The notes below the pieces were generated by a model. The model was given only the letters and a program-made list of their open reading frames with translations, was not told the DNA's origin and made no database searches. Both the position numbers and the translations under genes were made by a program. DNA of 64,000 nt from Nitrosomonadales bacterium (GTDB lineage Bacteria > Pseudomonadota > Gammaproteobacteria > Burkholderiales > SG8-39): contig SBAS01000054.1 of assembly GCA_005240145.1 (NCBI GenBank), positions 5,234 to 69,233 of the forward strand, read 5' to 3'. Position 1 is the stretch's first letter. Every line of letters starts with the position of its first letter. Shown piece after piece: positions 7,007-16,083 of the stretch.

Positions 7007-8271
7007 TTGCCCACCCGGTTCCTGCCGCCCCTCTTGGCGCGGTAGAGGGCCTCATCGGCAGCTTTCAGGACTTGCGTGGGGGTCGAGCGTTCGGCGGGCC
7101 CGGCGGCGCCGATGGAGACGGTGACCGAGAGCAGTTTCTCCGGCGGCTGCGACGCCTCCGGAACGTGCGTGCGCAGTTTTTCGCCCAGCTCCTTTTCCTT
7201 GGGACGCTCCTCGCCGCGCACCGCCATGCGGTAGGCGGCAACCGAGGCGCGGGTATCCTCCAGGTGCGACATCGCCTCTGCGAGCGTTGCGTCGGTGAAG
7301 AGCACGGTGAATTCCTCGCCGCCGTAGCGGAATGCGCGCCCGCCGCCTCCCACCTCGGCCAGGCGCGCGGCGACCAGCTTCAGCACCTGGTCGCCGATGT
7401 CGTGGCCGTGGGTGTCGTTGAAGGACTTGAAATGGTCCACGTCGGCCATCGCCAGCACGTAGCGCGGGCCGAGGCCCGCCATCGCCTCCCGCAGCGCACG
7501 CCGACCCGGGAGGCCGGTCAGCTCGTCGTTGAAGGCAAGGCGCCGCGACTCCTGCAGCATGGAAACGATCAGGATCGCGCCCGCCGCCGCGGTGAAGACG
7601 CCGAACACGGTCTGGTTGCGCACCCACTCGCAGCCGACAAAAAAACCCACCAGGGCGCCCGCGATGCCGACTGCGAGGCGCGACACCGGCCCGTCCTTCT
7701 GCGGCCAGGCGCGCCACACCGCGGCGGTCAACGCCGCGCTGAACAGCACCCGGGCGAGGAACGGCGGGCCGAGCTGCGGCGCACGCGGCGAAGTGAGCAG
7801 CCAGTGGTCGAACAGACCCTGCCAGGCGACCCCCGACAGCGCGCTGCGGCCGGAGGAGGCGATCCAGGCCACGAGCAGGATCTCGCCTGCGACGATGAAG
7901 AGCCACCGGTAGTCGCCGTGATAGGACACGCCGCGCTCGGGCAGGAGCAGCGCGACGAGGACGTTGAGCGGCACCAGTACCACCGCCGCTGTGTACACCG
8001 CCCGCACGGCGAAGCTCTCGGCGCCATAGTCGAGCGCGAGGCGATAGCCAAAGTAGGCGATAAGGAGCGACATGGCCGCGACAAAGGTCCGGCCGCGGTT
8101 GAACCACACGCCCATCCCCGCTCCCGCCACGAGGACGAAGTACGCCCCCGCCTCCTTCAGCCCGGCGAGGGTTGGCGGGAGCGACGGCCCGATCCACAGC
8201 GCGGCCCCGGCGAGGACCAGAATCGCCACGGGGACGAGCACGGGACGCAGTCCGGCCAGGGACTCGATCAT
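7003..8271 (-). CDS. Membrane-anchored diguanylate cyclase (multi-TM N-terminus + GGDEF)
   Basis: Internal ATG (MIESLAGL...) 1 nt downstream of the HepT stop. Multiple hydrophobic helices are followed by DELTGLPGRR...DVDHFKSFNDTHGH...RYGGEEF...ALYRAKRGGRNRV. Confidence 0.85.
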   Translation of the reverse strand: MIESLAGLRPVLVPVAILVLAGAALWIGPSLPPTLAGLKEAGAYFVLVAGAGMGVWFNRGRTFVAAMSLLIAYFGYRLALDYGAESFAVRAVYTAAVVLVPLNVLVALLLPERGVSYHGDYRWLFIVAGEILLVAWIASSGRSALSGVAWQGLFDHWLLTSPRAPQLGPPFLARVLFSAALTAAVWRAWPQKDGPVSRLAVGIAGALVGFFVGCEWVRNQTVFGVFTAAAGAILIVSMLQESRRLAFNDELTGLPGRRALREAMAGLGPRYVLAMADVDHFKSFNDTHGHDIGDQVLKLVAARLAEVGGGGRAFRYGGEEFTVLFTDATLAEAMSHLEDTRASVAAYRMAVRGEERPKEKELGEKLRTHVPEASQPPEKLLSVTVSIGAAGPAERSTPTQVLKAADEALYRAKRGGRNRVGK

Positions 8272-8272
8272 C

Positions 8273-8617
8273 TCAGGGCTCGCCCAGGACGCGCTCGAGT
8301 TCCACCAGCAACGAAGGAACCCTGCGACGAGTCGAGTCGTATAGGCGCCGGTGACTGATCGTGCCGTAATCGTGAGCGAGAACATTTCTCTGCCCCACCA
8401 GATCGCGCCATCTGATTTGCGGATTCCGGCCGCGGAATTCGGCACTGATTCGGCGTGCTGCCTCACCCAAGACCTCGAGTGCCCGCTCCAAGGCAAGTTT
8501 CCGGATCGGGTCCTCGGCAAGTCGTTTGAACGAGATCCGCTTCACCAGTTCGTGGGCCTGCCGGGCGGATTCGCGCATGTCCCACAGCAAGGCAAGATCC
8601 CGGTCCTCAGGCTTCAT
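8273..8617 (-). CDS. hepT: HepT-like (DUF86/HEPN) toxin of a HepT/MNT type II/VII TA pair
   Basis: Internal ATG (MKPEDRDL...) of track ORF 8273..8740. HEPN R-x4-H-x-Y motif is present in GQRNVLAHDYG. It overlaps the MNT gene 3' end by 11 nt. Confidence 0.85.
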   Translation of the reverse strand: MKPEDRDLALLWDMRESARQAHELVKRISFKRLAEDPIRKLALERALEVLGEAARRISAEFRGRNPQIRWRDLVGQRNVLAHDYGTISHRRLYDSTRRRVPSLLVELERVLGEP

Positions 8618-9251
8618 ACAGGGTCCGCAGGTCCGCAAGGATGGCCTTGCGGCGGTAGGGGTTCTCAAGTATCTCGGGGCCCGCGATGTGGACCTTGCGC
8701 TTTCCGAAGAGGGGCGAAAGTTCGTCCTGCAGGCGCGCAAAATCGAAATAGGTCGTCCTGCTCGAGCGCTTGAACTCGACCAGGAGATCGACGTCGCTTT
8801 CCGGGCGCAACTCGTTACGCGCCGCCGAGCCGAACAGCGACATCTTCTTCAAGCCGTATTTGCGGCAGATTGCGGCCAGGGCACCCGCATCGACCGCGGG
8901 TAGCCTGCCCGAGGGCTCGATGGTGTACTCGGCGGCGTGCTCCTCCAGGGTCGGCGTGGTTCCCGCGGTCTTGTCGAGCATGGAGGAAAGCTCGTGGAAC
9001 ACGGGCGATGCCTCGTTGGCCGCATACAGCACCTGGTTGCCGCTGCGCTCTGCGACGAGCAGGCCTGCGTCCGCGAGCTGGCGCAGTTCCCGGTGCAGCG
9101 ACCCCGCGGGCACGCCCGTCAGGCGCGCGATCATGCGCACATGGAAGCTGTCCCCGGGACGCAGTAAGAGGAGGGACAACACACGGTGGCGGTACGCGCC
9201 AAAGAGCAGGTTGGCGAGGTCGTCCGGTCCTTCAGTTTCCGTTCTCAACAT
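8607..9251 (-). CDS. mntA: Winged-HTH + MNT nucleotidyltransferase fusion (MntA-like antitoxin)
   Basis: N-terminal ArsR/MarR-like wHTH (RMIARLTGVPAGSLHRELRQLADAGLLV). C-terminal minimal nucleotidyltransferase motif LFGSAARNELRPESDVDLLVEF. Confidence 0.85.
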   Translation of the reverse strand: MLRTETEGPDDLANLLFGAYRHRVLSLLLLRPGDSFHVRMIARLTGVPAGSLHRELRQLADAGLLVAERSGNQVLYAANEASPVFHELSSMLDKTAGTTPTLEEHAAEYTIEPSGRLPAVDAGALAAICRKYGLKKMSLFGSAARNELRPESDVDLLVEFKRSSRTTYFDFARLQDELSPLFGKRKVHIAGPEILENPYRRKAILADLRTLYEA

Positions 9252-9278
9252 TGCTACGATTGTAGCAGTATTGAGAAC
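9241..9278. promoter_or_regulatory. 38-bp imperfect palindrome over the MNT start codon (candidate operator)
   Basis: GTTCTCAA-CAT-TGCTAC-GAT-TGTAGCA-GTA-TTGAGAAC. Outer 8-nt arms are perfect and inner arms are TGCTAC/GTAGCA. It spans the MNT ATG (9249-9251) and most of the 39-bp gap to parC. Confidence 0.5.
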
Positions 9279-9290
9279 AAACTGCCTTCC

Positions 9291-11591
9291 TCAATCCCCC
9301 AGCCCGTCGGGACGGAAGCCGACGTCGCAGACCCTGCCGCGCTGGGCTCGCTTGCCGAGATACTCGGCGAGGTCTTTTTTATTCAATTCTGCGGTTTTTC
9401 GGGACCGCTTGAACCCTGAAACTGTCAATGAAGACCCATCGGTAACTGCAACCCCAGCCAAGCTCACCTTGTCGGGCAGGGCCAACAGCTGCACCCCAAC
9501 CCCCCCGTTGGGGCGCACCGGCAACTCATCCAAGGGGAAGAGCAGGAGGCGGGCATCCGAGGAGAGCGCGGCCACAAATGTGTTGCTCTCTCCTTCTTCT
9601 AAAAAGGTTGGAACTAAAACCCTGGAACCATCCGGCACGCTCATGAAGTCCTTGCCCTGCTTGGTCTTGGTGGCGAGGTCCCCCAGCTTGCAAAGGAACC
9701 CGTTGCCGGCCGAGTTCGCCAGCAGCATCCGGGTCTCCGCGCTCCCCAGCCCGACCCAGACGATGTCGTTCTGCCCCGAGTTGATGAGAGTGTTCATGGG
9801 CGCGCCGTCGCCCCGCCCTGAGGGCAGCACCGCGGCGTCGACGCTGAAGCACTTGCCCCCGGCGGCGAGCACGGTGAGCGTGTCGGTGGTCTTGCACTCG
9901 AGCTCCAGGTAGCGCGCATCGCCGTCCTTGAAGTTCACCGACGCCATGTCGACCCCGTGGCCGTTGCGGCCGCGCACCCAGCCCTTCTTCGACAGGATCA
10001 CGGTGATCGGCTCCTCGACCACGGTGTGCTCGATGGAGGAACGCTCGTCGGCCTTGAGCAGCGTGCGGCGCTCGTCGCCATAGGTCTTCGCGTCGGCCTC
10101 CAGCTCCTTGATGACAAGCTTCTTCAGGACCTTTTCGTCGTCGAGGATCTCCTTCAGGCCCGTCTTCTCGACCTCCAGCGCCTTCCTCTCTTCGTTCAGC
10201 TTGACCCCGTCCAGCCTGGTCAGCTGGCCGAGTCGCAGGTTGACGATGTCCTCGGCCTGGCGCTCGCTGAATTTGAATTTCTCCTTTAATTTTATTTTTG
10301 CTTCACTTTGATCGTCACAAGAACGAATCAACTTGATAATTTCATCGATCTTTACGAACGCGAGGAGGCGCCCCATGACGATTTCGAGCCGTTCGGTGCA
10401 GCGCTTGAGGCGGAACTGGGTGCGGCGGCGGACCGTCTTCTGGCGGAATTCGCCCCACTCCTTGAGGATCGTGACCAGATCCTTGGTCTCGGGCAGGCCA
10501 TCCAGGCCCAGCCAGGTCAGGTTGAGGGCGAAACGCGACTCCAGGCTCGTGTGCACGAGCAGGGTCTTCATCGTTTCCTCGGCGCTCTGGCGCGAGGAGC
10601 GCGGCTCGATCACCAGGCGCAGCTTCGACTTGCGGTCGGATTCGTCGCGCACCGCCTCGATCTGCTCGAGCATGAACTGCTTCAGGCGCCGCTGCTCCTG
10701 CGACACCTCCTTCTTGCCGGTGGAGGGCCTGGGATTGACCAGCGCCTCGATCTCCTCCAGCACCTGGCGGCAGGACACGCCGTGCGGCAGCTCGGTGACG
10801 ACGATGCGCCACTGGCCGCGCGCGAGCTGCTCCACCTGCCAGCGCGCGCGCATCGCGATCGAGCCGCGGCCGGTCTCGTAGGCAATGCGGATCTCGTCCA
10901 GCGCCGAAATGATCTGGCCGCCGCCCGGGAAATCGGGCCCGGGCATGATGGCCAGCACGTCCTTGACCACCGCCCTCGGGTGCTTGATGACGTGCGCGGC
11001 GGCCGCGGCGACTTCCTTCAGGTTGTGCGAGGCAATGCGCGTGGAAAAACCGACCGGAATGCCGAAAGAGCCGTTCAGGAGGCCGAAGGGCAGGCGCGCG
11101 GGCAGCAGCTGCGGCTCGTCGAACTTGCCGTCGTAGTTCTTGATCCAGTCGACCGTGCCCTCATCGATTTCTGCCAGCATCAGTTCGGCATGGCGCGAGA
11201 GCTTCGCCTCGGTGTAGCGGTAGGCAGCCGCCGAATCGCCGTCGCGGCTGCCGAAATTGCCCTGCCCGTCGATGAGCGGGTAGCGCATCGAGAAGGGCTG
11301 CGCGAGATGCACCATCGCCTCGTAGGTCGAGGCGTCGCCGTGCGGGTGGTACTTGCCCAGTACCTCGCCGACGTAGCGCGCGCACTTGGCGAAGCCGGTG
11401 GTGCCCGCTTGGCCCATCGCGAAGAGGATGCGGCGCTGCACGGGCTTCAGGCCATCCGCCACGTCCGGCAGGGCGCGGGCCTTCACCGTCGAGACGGCGT
11501 AGCCCAGGTAGGCCTGCGAGGCGTGGCGCTCGATGGGCGCCGCGTCGTCGCCGTTTTCGTGGATGAAGAGGTCCGGCGTTCTGTCGTCCAT
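9291..11591 (-). CDS. parC: DNA topoisomerase IV subunit A
   Basis: 766 aa. [34 protein letters not shown] (catalytic Tyr region) and an overall ParC-like C-terminal domain. Confidence 0.95.
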   Translation of the reverse strand: MDDRTPDLFIHENGDDAAPIERHASQAYLGYAVSTVKARALPDVADGLKPVQRRILFAMGQAGTTGFAKCARYVGEVLGKYHPHGDASTYEAMVHLAQPFSMRYPLIDGQGNFGSRDGDSAAAYRYTEAKLSRHAELMLAEIDEGTVDWIKNYDGKFDEPQLLPARLPFGLLNGSFGIPVGFSTRIASHNLKEVAAAAAHVIKHPRAVVKDVLAIMPGPDFPGGGQIISALDEIRIAYETGRGSIAMRARWQVEQLARGQWRIVVTELPHGVSCRQVLEEIEALVNPRPSTGKKEVSQEQRRLKQFMLEQIEAVRDESDRKSKLRLVIEPRSSRQSAEETMKTLLVHTSLESRFALNLTWLGLDGLPETKDLVTILKEWGEFRQKTVRRRTQFRLKRCTERLEIVMGRLLAFVKIDEIIKLIRSCDDQSEAKIKLKEKFKFSERQAEDIVNLRLGQLTRLDGVKLNEERKALEVEKTGLKEILDDEKVLKKLVIKELEADAKTYGDERRTLLKADERSSIEHTVVEEPITVILSKKGWVRGRNGHGVDMASVNFKDGDARYLELECKTTDTLTVLAAGGKCFSVDAAVLPSGRGDGAPMNTLINSGQNDIVWVGLGSAETRMLLANSAGNGFLCKLGDLATKTKQGKDFMSVPDGSRVLVPTFLEEGESNTFVAALSSDARLLLFPLDELPVRPNGGVGVQLLALPDKVSLAGVAVTDGSSLTVSGFKRSRKTAELNKKDLAEYLGKRAQRGRVCDVGFRPDGLGD

Positions 11592-11594
11592 GGT

Positions 11595-11843
11595 TTATCC
11601 GAAGAGGTCGAGTTGCTTGTCGGCCATCGCCGCCGCGGCTTCCACCGCGCGCCTGGCCTTTTCCAGATCGTCGCCCGCACCTGCGCGCCCCGCCGCTTCC
11701 CAGGTGTACTTGTGCCGCGCGTCTTTTGCCGTATGCACCGTTACCTTGCCGAGCTTCTTCTTGCCAAGCCAGTAGACATGGCCGTTGTAGCCGCGTTCCC
11801 AGGCCGGCTTCTGACCGCGCGGCTTTCGCCCTTTCTTAGACAT
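11595..11843 (-). CDS. Small basic protein between parE and parC ending in a QLDLF clamp-binding-like motif
   Basis: Internal ATG (MSKKGRKPRG...) of track ORF 11595..11900. The ATG overlaps the parE stop region by 8 nt, and the TAA lies 3 nt before the parC ATG. GC3 is high. C-terminus is ...DKQLDLFG. Confidence 0.6.
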   Translation of the reverse strand: MSKKGRKPRGQKPAWERGYNGHVYWLGKKKLGKVTVHTAKDARHKYTWEAAGRAGAGDDLEKARRAVEAAAAMADKQLDLFG

Positions 11844-13809
11844 CGGCCTCGACGGTGCGCCAGTGCTCGCGCATCCAGTTCCTGCGCTCCTCGGCTTCAC
11901 CGGCGTCCATGAGTTTTTCGAAAACGTCCTTAACCTTTGAAAAATTAGCTGGATTGAATTCCATTCGAACCAATCGCCGCGAATCCGGGTTCATCGAGGT
12001 TTCCCAGAGCTGCTCGGGGTTCATCTCGCCCAGGCCCTTGAAGCGCGAGATTTCCCAGGAATCCTCGCGCACCTTGTCTTTCTTCAGCGCGCGCAGGGTC
12101 TCATCCAGCTCCTCGTCGTCCAGGCAGTAGACGCGCCGCGCAGGCTTGCCCTTGCCCTGCGCCGGAATCTCAACCTTGAAGAGAGGCGCCTGCGAGACGT
12201 AGATACGCCCGGTCTCGACGAGCTTCGGCGCATGCATGAAGAAAAACGTCAGGAGCAGCGCCTGGATGTGGCCGCCGTCGACGTCGGCGTCGGTCATGAT
12301 GATGACCTTGCCGTAGCGGATGCCGGAGAGGTCCGGCGTGTCCTCGGCGCCGTGCGGATCGACGCCGATGGCGGTGGCGATCGCCTGCAGCTCCTTGTTG
12401 GCGAGCACCGTGCGAGCGTCCTTCGACATGGAATTCAGCACCTTGCCCCGCAGCGGCAGGATCGCCTGCGTTTCCTTGTCGCGCGCTTCCTTGGCCGAGC
12501 CGCCCGCCGAGTCGCCCTCGACCATGAAGAGCTCGTTGCGCGAGGTGTCGTCCGAGGAACACTCGACCAATTTGCCGGGCAGCGTCGCCACGCCCGAGCC
12601 TTTCTTCCTCTCGAATTTCTTCCCCTTGGAGAGGCGCGCGAGGGCCTGCTCGATCGCCAGCTCGACGATTTTCTTGCCCTCGTCCGGGTGCTGGTTGAGC
12701 CACAGCTCGAAGGCGTCGCGCACGCACAGTTCCAGCAGCTTGGCGGCGTGGCGCGTGGTGAGCTTCTCCTTGGTCTGGCCGTGGAACTGCGTGCGCACCA
12801 GGCGCACCGAGAGCGTGAAGCAGGCGCGCTGCCACAGGTCGTCCGCGATCAGCTTCACGCCCTTGGGCTGCAGCGTGCGCGTCTCCATGAAGGCCGCGGT
12901 GGCATCGAAAATGCCATTGCGGAAGCCCGCCTCGTGCGTGCCGCCTGAGCGCGTAGGGATGAGGTTGACGTGGCTGTCGGCGAAGATGTCGCCCTCGGCG
13001 ACCCAGCCAATGGCCCACTCGGCGCCTTCGCCGGCCTCGATCTCGGCAAAATCGGCCGCGGACTTCTCGTCGAAGTGGCGCGCCCCGCCAAAGAGCGGCG
13101 CCACCATTTCGCGCCCGTCCAGCATGCGCTCGAAGTACTGCGCCATCCCCTTCTCGAAGCGCCAGGTCTGGTCGGCCTTGCCCTCTACTTTCAGTACCGT
13201 GGTAAGGCCGGGCAGCAGATAGGCCTTCGAGCGGATCAGGTGCTCGAGCTCGCCCATCGGGATGTTGGGCGAATCGAAATACTTCGCATCCGGCCAGATG
13301 CGCACCACCGTGCCGCTGCGCTTGTCCTTGATTTTTTCGCTCTTCAGCTTGCTCTTGAGCTCGCCGCCCTCGAAAACTATCGAATGCTTTTTTCCTTCTC
13401 TAAAAACAACAACCTCACACCGCTTTGAGAGCGCATTGGAAACTGCGACGCCGACCCCGTGCAAGCCGCCGGAGATGTGATAGACGGCTTCGCCGGACTT
13501 GGCGAACTTGCCGCCCGCGTGCAGCATGGTGAAAGCCACCTCCACCGCGGGCTTGCCTTCCTCCTTGTGCAGGTCCACCGGCACGCCGCGACCCTCGTCC
13601 TCGACCTGGACCGAGCCGTCCTTGAAAACAGACACGACGATCTTCTTGCCGTACCCGGCCAGCGCCTCGTCAACGGCGTTGTCCATCGCTTCCTGCACGA
13701 TGTGCAGCGGATGGATCGTATGGGTGTACATGCCCGGCATGCGCCGGACCGGCTCCAGCCCCTTCAGGGCCTGGATGGCTGAGGCGTCGTAGACCTGCTG
13801 TTTGGCCAT
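11836..13809 (-). CDS. parE: DNA topoisomerase IV subunit B
   Basis: 657 aa. GHKL ATPase (LHHLVQE-like IHPLHIVQEAMDNAVDE, GGLHGVG), Toprim (EGDSAGGSA) and PLRGKVLN motifs. Confidence 0.95.
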   Translation of the reverse strand: MAKQQVYDASAIQALKGLEPVRRMPGMYTHTIHPLHIVQEAMDNAVDEALAGYGKKIVVSVFKDGSVQVEDEGRGVPVDLHKEEGKPAVEVAFTMLHAGGKFAKSGEAVYHISGGLHGVGVAVSNALSKRCEVVVFREGKKHSIVFEGGELKSKLKSEKIKDKRSGTVVRIWPDAKYFDSPNIPMGELEHLIRSKAYLLPGLTTVLKVEGKADQTWRFEKGMAQYFERMLDGREMVAPLFGGARHFDEKSAADFAEIEAGEGAEWAIGWVAEGDIFADSHVNLIPTRSGGTHEAGFRNGIFDATAAFMETRTLQPKGVKLIADDLWQRACFTLSVRLVRTQFHGQTKEKLTTRHAAKLLELCVRDAFELWLNQHPDEGKKIVELAIEQALARLSKGKKFERKKGSGVATLPGKLVECSSDDTSRNELFMVEGDSAGGSAKEARDKETQAILPLRGKVLNSMSKDARTVLANKELQAIATAIGVDPHGAEDTPDLSGIRYGKVIIMTDADVDGGHIQALLLTFFFMHAPKLVETGRIYVSQAPLFKVEIPAQGKGKPARRVYCLDDEELDETLRALKKDKVREDSWEISRFKGLGEMNPEQLWETSMNPDSRRLVRMEFNPANFSKVKDVFEKLMDAGEAEERRNWMREHWRTVEADV

Positions 13810-13838
13810 GTATTTAGTACTTTTCCTGCGTTACACCA

Positions 13839-14288
13839 CTAGACATTGTAGCTCCCACGCAGCTGCGCCGCGCCCGAACGTCCCGGCGCGTGGACCGTGA
13901 GCCCCGCGGTCATTGCCGCCGCCGCCAGGTCCTTGTCGAGGGTGATCATCGGCACACCGAGCCGCATTGCGAGCTCCAGGTAGGCCGAATCGTAAGCGCT
14001 CAGGCCATGCTGGCTCGCGAGCGTGCTGATTTGCCGCAGGTCGTGAACATGCGCGTCGACCCGCAGCCTGAGCCGGGACGCTTCGTCCAGCATCTGCAAT
14101 CGCTCAGCCCGCGTCAGCCGGCGCCTGCGCTCAGCGACCAGCAGTGCGTTCGAAAACTCCAACCGCCAGAGGGAAGGTACCCAGCACTCCTCGTTCGCCG
14201 CCACATCGAGCGCCGTATCCGTGAAGCTCGTGCGTTCGTCCGGGAAAAACCAGGAAAGACAGATGGACGAATCGAGGACCAGCGCCAT
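13839..14288 (-). CDS. vapC: VapC-type PIN toxin
   Basis: The ATG at 14288 shares 1 nt with the antitoxin TGA (TGATG). LVLDSSICLSWF..., SAYDSAYLELA, ITLDKD PIN acidic residues. Confidence 0.85.
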   Translation of the reverse strand: MALVLDSSICLSWFFPDERTSFTDTALDVAANEECWVPSLWRLEFSNALLVAERRRRLTRAERLQMLDEASRLRLRVDAHVHDLRQISTLASQHGLSAYDSAYLELAMRLGVPMITLDKDLAAAAMTAGLTVHAPGRSGAAQLRGSYNV

Positions 14289-14545
14289 CAATAGCGCCTT
14301 CCGGCCTTGATCAGTTCCCGAATCGTGGTTCCGGGTCCGGGCGGCTTGCTGCGCCCCACGCGCGTGCGCTTGATCTCCTCGACCAGAGCACGCATCCGCG
14401 CCCGTTCGTCGTCCGTCTTGACGGCCACCAGCTGCGCGACTTCCTTGCCGCGCCGCGTGATGGTCACGGTCTCCCCGGCTTCGACCTTGTCGAGCAGTTC
14501 GGCGAGCTTGGTCTTGGCTTCAAAGGCCCCTACGACGATGCCCAT
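14288..14545 (-). CDS. Phd/YefM-type antitoxin
   Basis: Internal ATG (MGIVVGAFEAKTKLAELLDKVEAGETVTITRRGKEVAQLV) of track ORF 14288..14605. It has the typical Phd/YefM N-terminus and lies directly upstream of vapC. Confidence 0.8.
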   Translation of the reverse strand: MGIVVGAFEAKTKLAELLDKVEAGETVTITRRGKEVAQLVAVKTDDERARMRALVEEIKRTRVGRSKPPGPGTTIRELIKAGRRY

Positions 14546-14555
14546 GATTCTCTCT

Positions 14556-14575
14556 CCAACTAGACAACCAGTTGG
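14556..14575. promoter_or_regulatory. Inverted repeat CCAACT-N8-AGTTGG upstream of the Phd-type antitoxin gene (candidate operator)
   Basis: Perfect 6-nt arms located 11-30 nt upstream of the antitoxin ATG, overlapping the GGAGAG ribosome-binding region on the minus strand. Confidence 0.35.
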
Positions 14576-14611
14576 AAGGATACCGTACCCCGCCCCGGCC
14601 GACAAACCGCG

Positions 14612-15409
14612 CTACCGGCCCTTGAAGTCTGGTTTGCGTTTCTCGTTAAATGCGCGCACGCCTTCGCGGCGGTCGTCGGTGTCGACCAGACGGTTGTAGG
14701 CCTCGATCTCGTAGCGGTAGCCCGTCGCGAGGTCCATCTGCAGGCCGTAATGGATCGATTTCTTCGCCTGGCGCACCGCCAGCGGCCCGTTTTCGGCGAT
14801 CGCCTGCGCCGTGGCAAGCGACTCTTCGAGGAGCTTCGCCGGCTCGCAGATCCGGTTGACGAGGCCCCATTCGAGGCCCTCCGCAGCGGAAAAAGGCCGC
14901 GCGGTCAGGATGAGTTCCTTGGCGCGCCGCTCGCCCACCGCGCGCGGCAGGTTCTGCGTCCCCATGCCGCCGGGCATGATGCCGAGGCGCACTTCGGATT
15001 GCGCGAAGCGCGCCTGCGGAACCGCGTAGATGAAGTCGCAGCACAGCGCCATTTCCAGGCCGCCGCCAAAGGCGTGTCCGTTGACCGCAGCGATCACGGG
15101 CAGGGGGCACTCGACGAGCGCCACGAAGGCGCGCTCGAAGATTTCATGCTGCGCCTGCCACTCGGCCGGCGTCATGCCGTCGCGCTCCTTCAGGTCGCCG
15201 CCGGCGCAAAAGGCGCGCTCGCCCGAGCCGGTGAGCACGACGCAACGCAGCTGGCCAGGATCGGCCGTAACGCGCGTCCACAGGTCGAGCTGGTCGCGGC
15301 CCATCTGCGTGTTCAGCGCATTCAGGGCCTCGGGCCGGTTGAGCGACACCAGCAGGACGTGCTCGCCCTGGGGCTTCAGTTCCAGTGTCTGATATTTTGG
15401 CGGATTCAA
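14612..15409 (-). CDS. Enoyl-CoA hydratase/isomerase family protein
   Basis: 265 aa with a TTG start. LNRPEALNALN, AFCAGGDLKE, AAVNGHAFGGGLEMALCCDF crotonase signatures. Confidence 0.85.
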   Translation of the reverse strand: MNPPKYQTLELKPQGEHVLLVSLNRPEALNALNTQMGRDQLDLWTRVTADPGQLRCVVLTGSGERAFCAGGDLKERDGMTPAEWQAQHEIFERAFVALVECPLPVIAAVNGHAFGGGLEMALCCDFIYAVPQARFAQSEVRLGIMPGGMGTQNLPRAVGERRAKELILTARPFSAAEGLEWGLVNRICEPAKLLEESLATAQAIAENGPLAVRQAKKSIHYGLQMDLATGYRYEIEAYNRLVDTDDRREGVRAFNEKRKPDFKGR

Positions 15410-15603
15410 TTGCGCAGCAAGCCTGCCTCGCGCAGGTACTTTTGCACGCCCGGATGGATCAGGTCGGCGCGCGGCGCCGCCGCGACAATGCGCAGGCGCG
15501 GTTCCTGGGCGTTCAACATCTCGGCGTAGGCGTCGCCATGGACGGGAAAACCGCCGCCGGGCGTGGCGGTACCGAGAATCAGGCTCATCACGATGGGATT
15601 CAT
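15406..15603 (-). CDS. Hypothetical 65-aa protein (weakly supported)
   Basis: High-GC3 ORF whose TGA overlaps the TTG start of the downstream hydratase (TTGA). LILGTATPGGGFPVHGDAYAEMLN vaguely resembles the N-terminus of TAXI-type solute-binding proteins, so it could be a gene fragment. Confidence 0.35.
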   Translation of the reverse strand: MNPIVMSLILGTATPGGGFPVHGDAYAEMLNAQEPRLRIVAAAPRADLIHPGVQKYLREAGLLRN

Positions 15604-15690
15604 TCTCTCTGGTTCAGGTCTTGGCGAGTGCCGTCACAAGCAAGGTTGCACGCCAGTTCCTTTAGGCTGCCTATAGCCGTCATGCCCCTC

Positions 15691-16083
15691 CTAGGGCGCG
15701 AGAACACGTGGCGCGCCGTCGAGTTTGCGCGCGCGGCGCGCGAGCTTCGCGTCGAACGTGGCGAAGGAGCCCCCGCTCGGCGCGAACGCAAGATGCAGCG
15801 CGTCGGCAAAATCCAGGCCGGTCCCATACCACGCCAGCGCCCGGGCCACGCGCTGCGGCTCTTCGGCAAGCACGCCTGGCAACCCGAGAAGACTGCGGAA
15901 GCTTTCCTGGATTCCATCCGGCGCCTGCCCGTAGAGCGCCCGCAGCACCCATTCGGCCTCCAGCAGCACTGTCGGCGAGATGCGCACATTCCCCGCGTCG
16001 ATCAACTTCCGGGCGCGGCGGTTCTGCTGCGGGGCGTCGTTGACGAGAAATCGGACCACGACGTTCGTATCCAGCGAAATCAC
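15691..16083 (-). CDS. vapC: VapC-type PIN toxin
   Basis: 130 aa. MISLDTNVVVRFL, LLEAEWVL, DFADALHLA PIN residues. 4-nt overlap with the upstream antitoxin. Confidence 0.85.
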   Translation of the reverse strand: MISLDTNVVVRFLVNDAPQQNRRARKLIDAGNVRISPTVLLEAEWVLRALYGQAPDGIQESFRSLLGLPGVLAEEPQRVARALAWYGTGLDFADALHLAFAPSGGSFATFDAKLARRARKLDGAPRVLAP

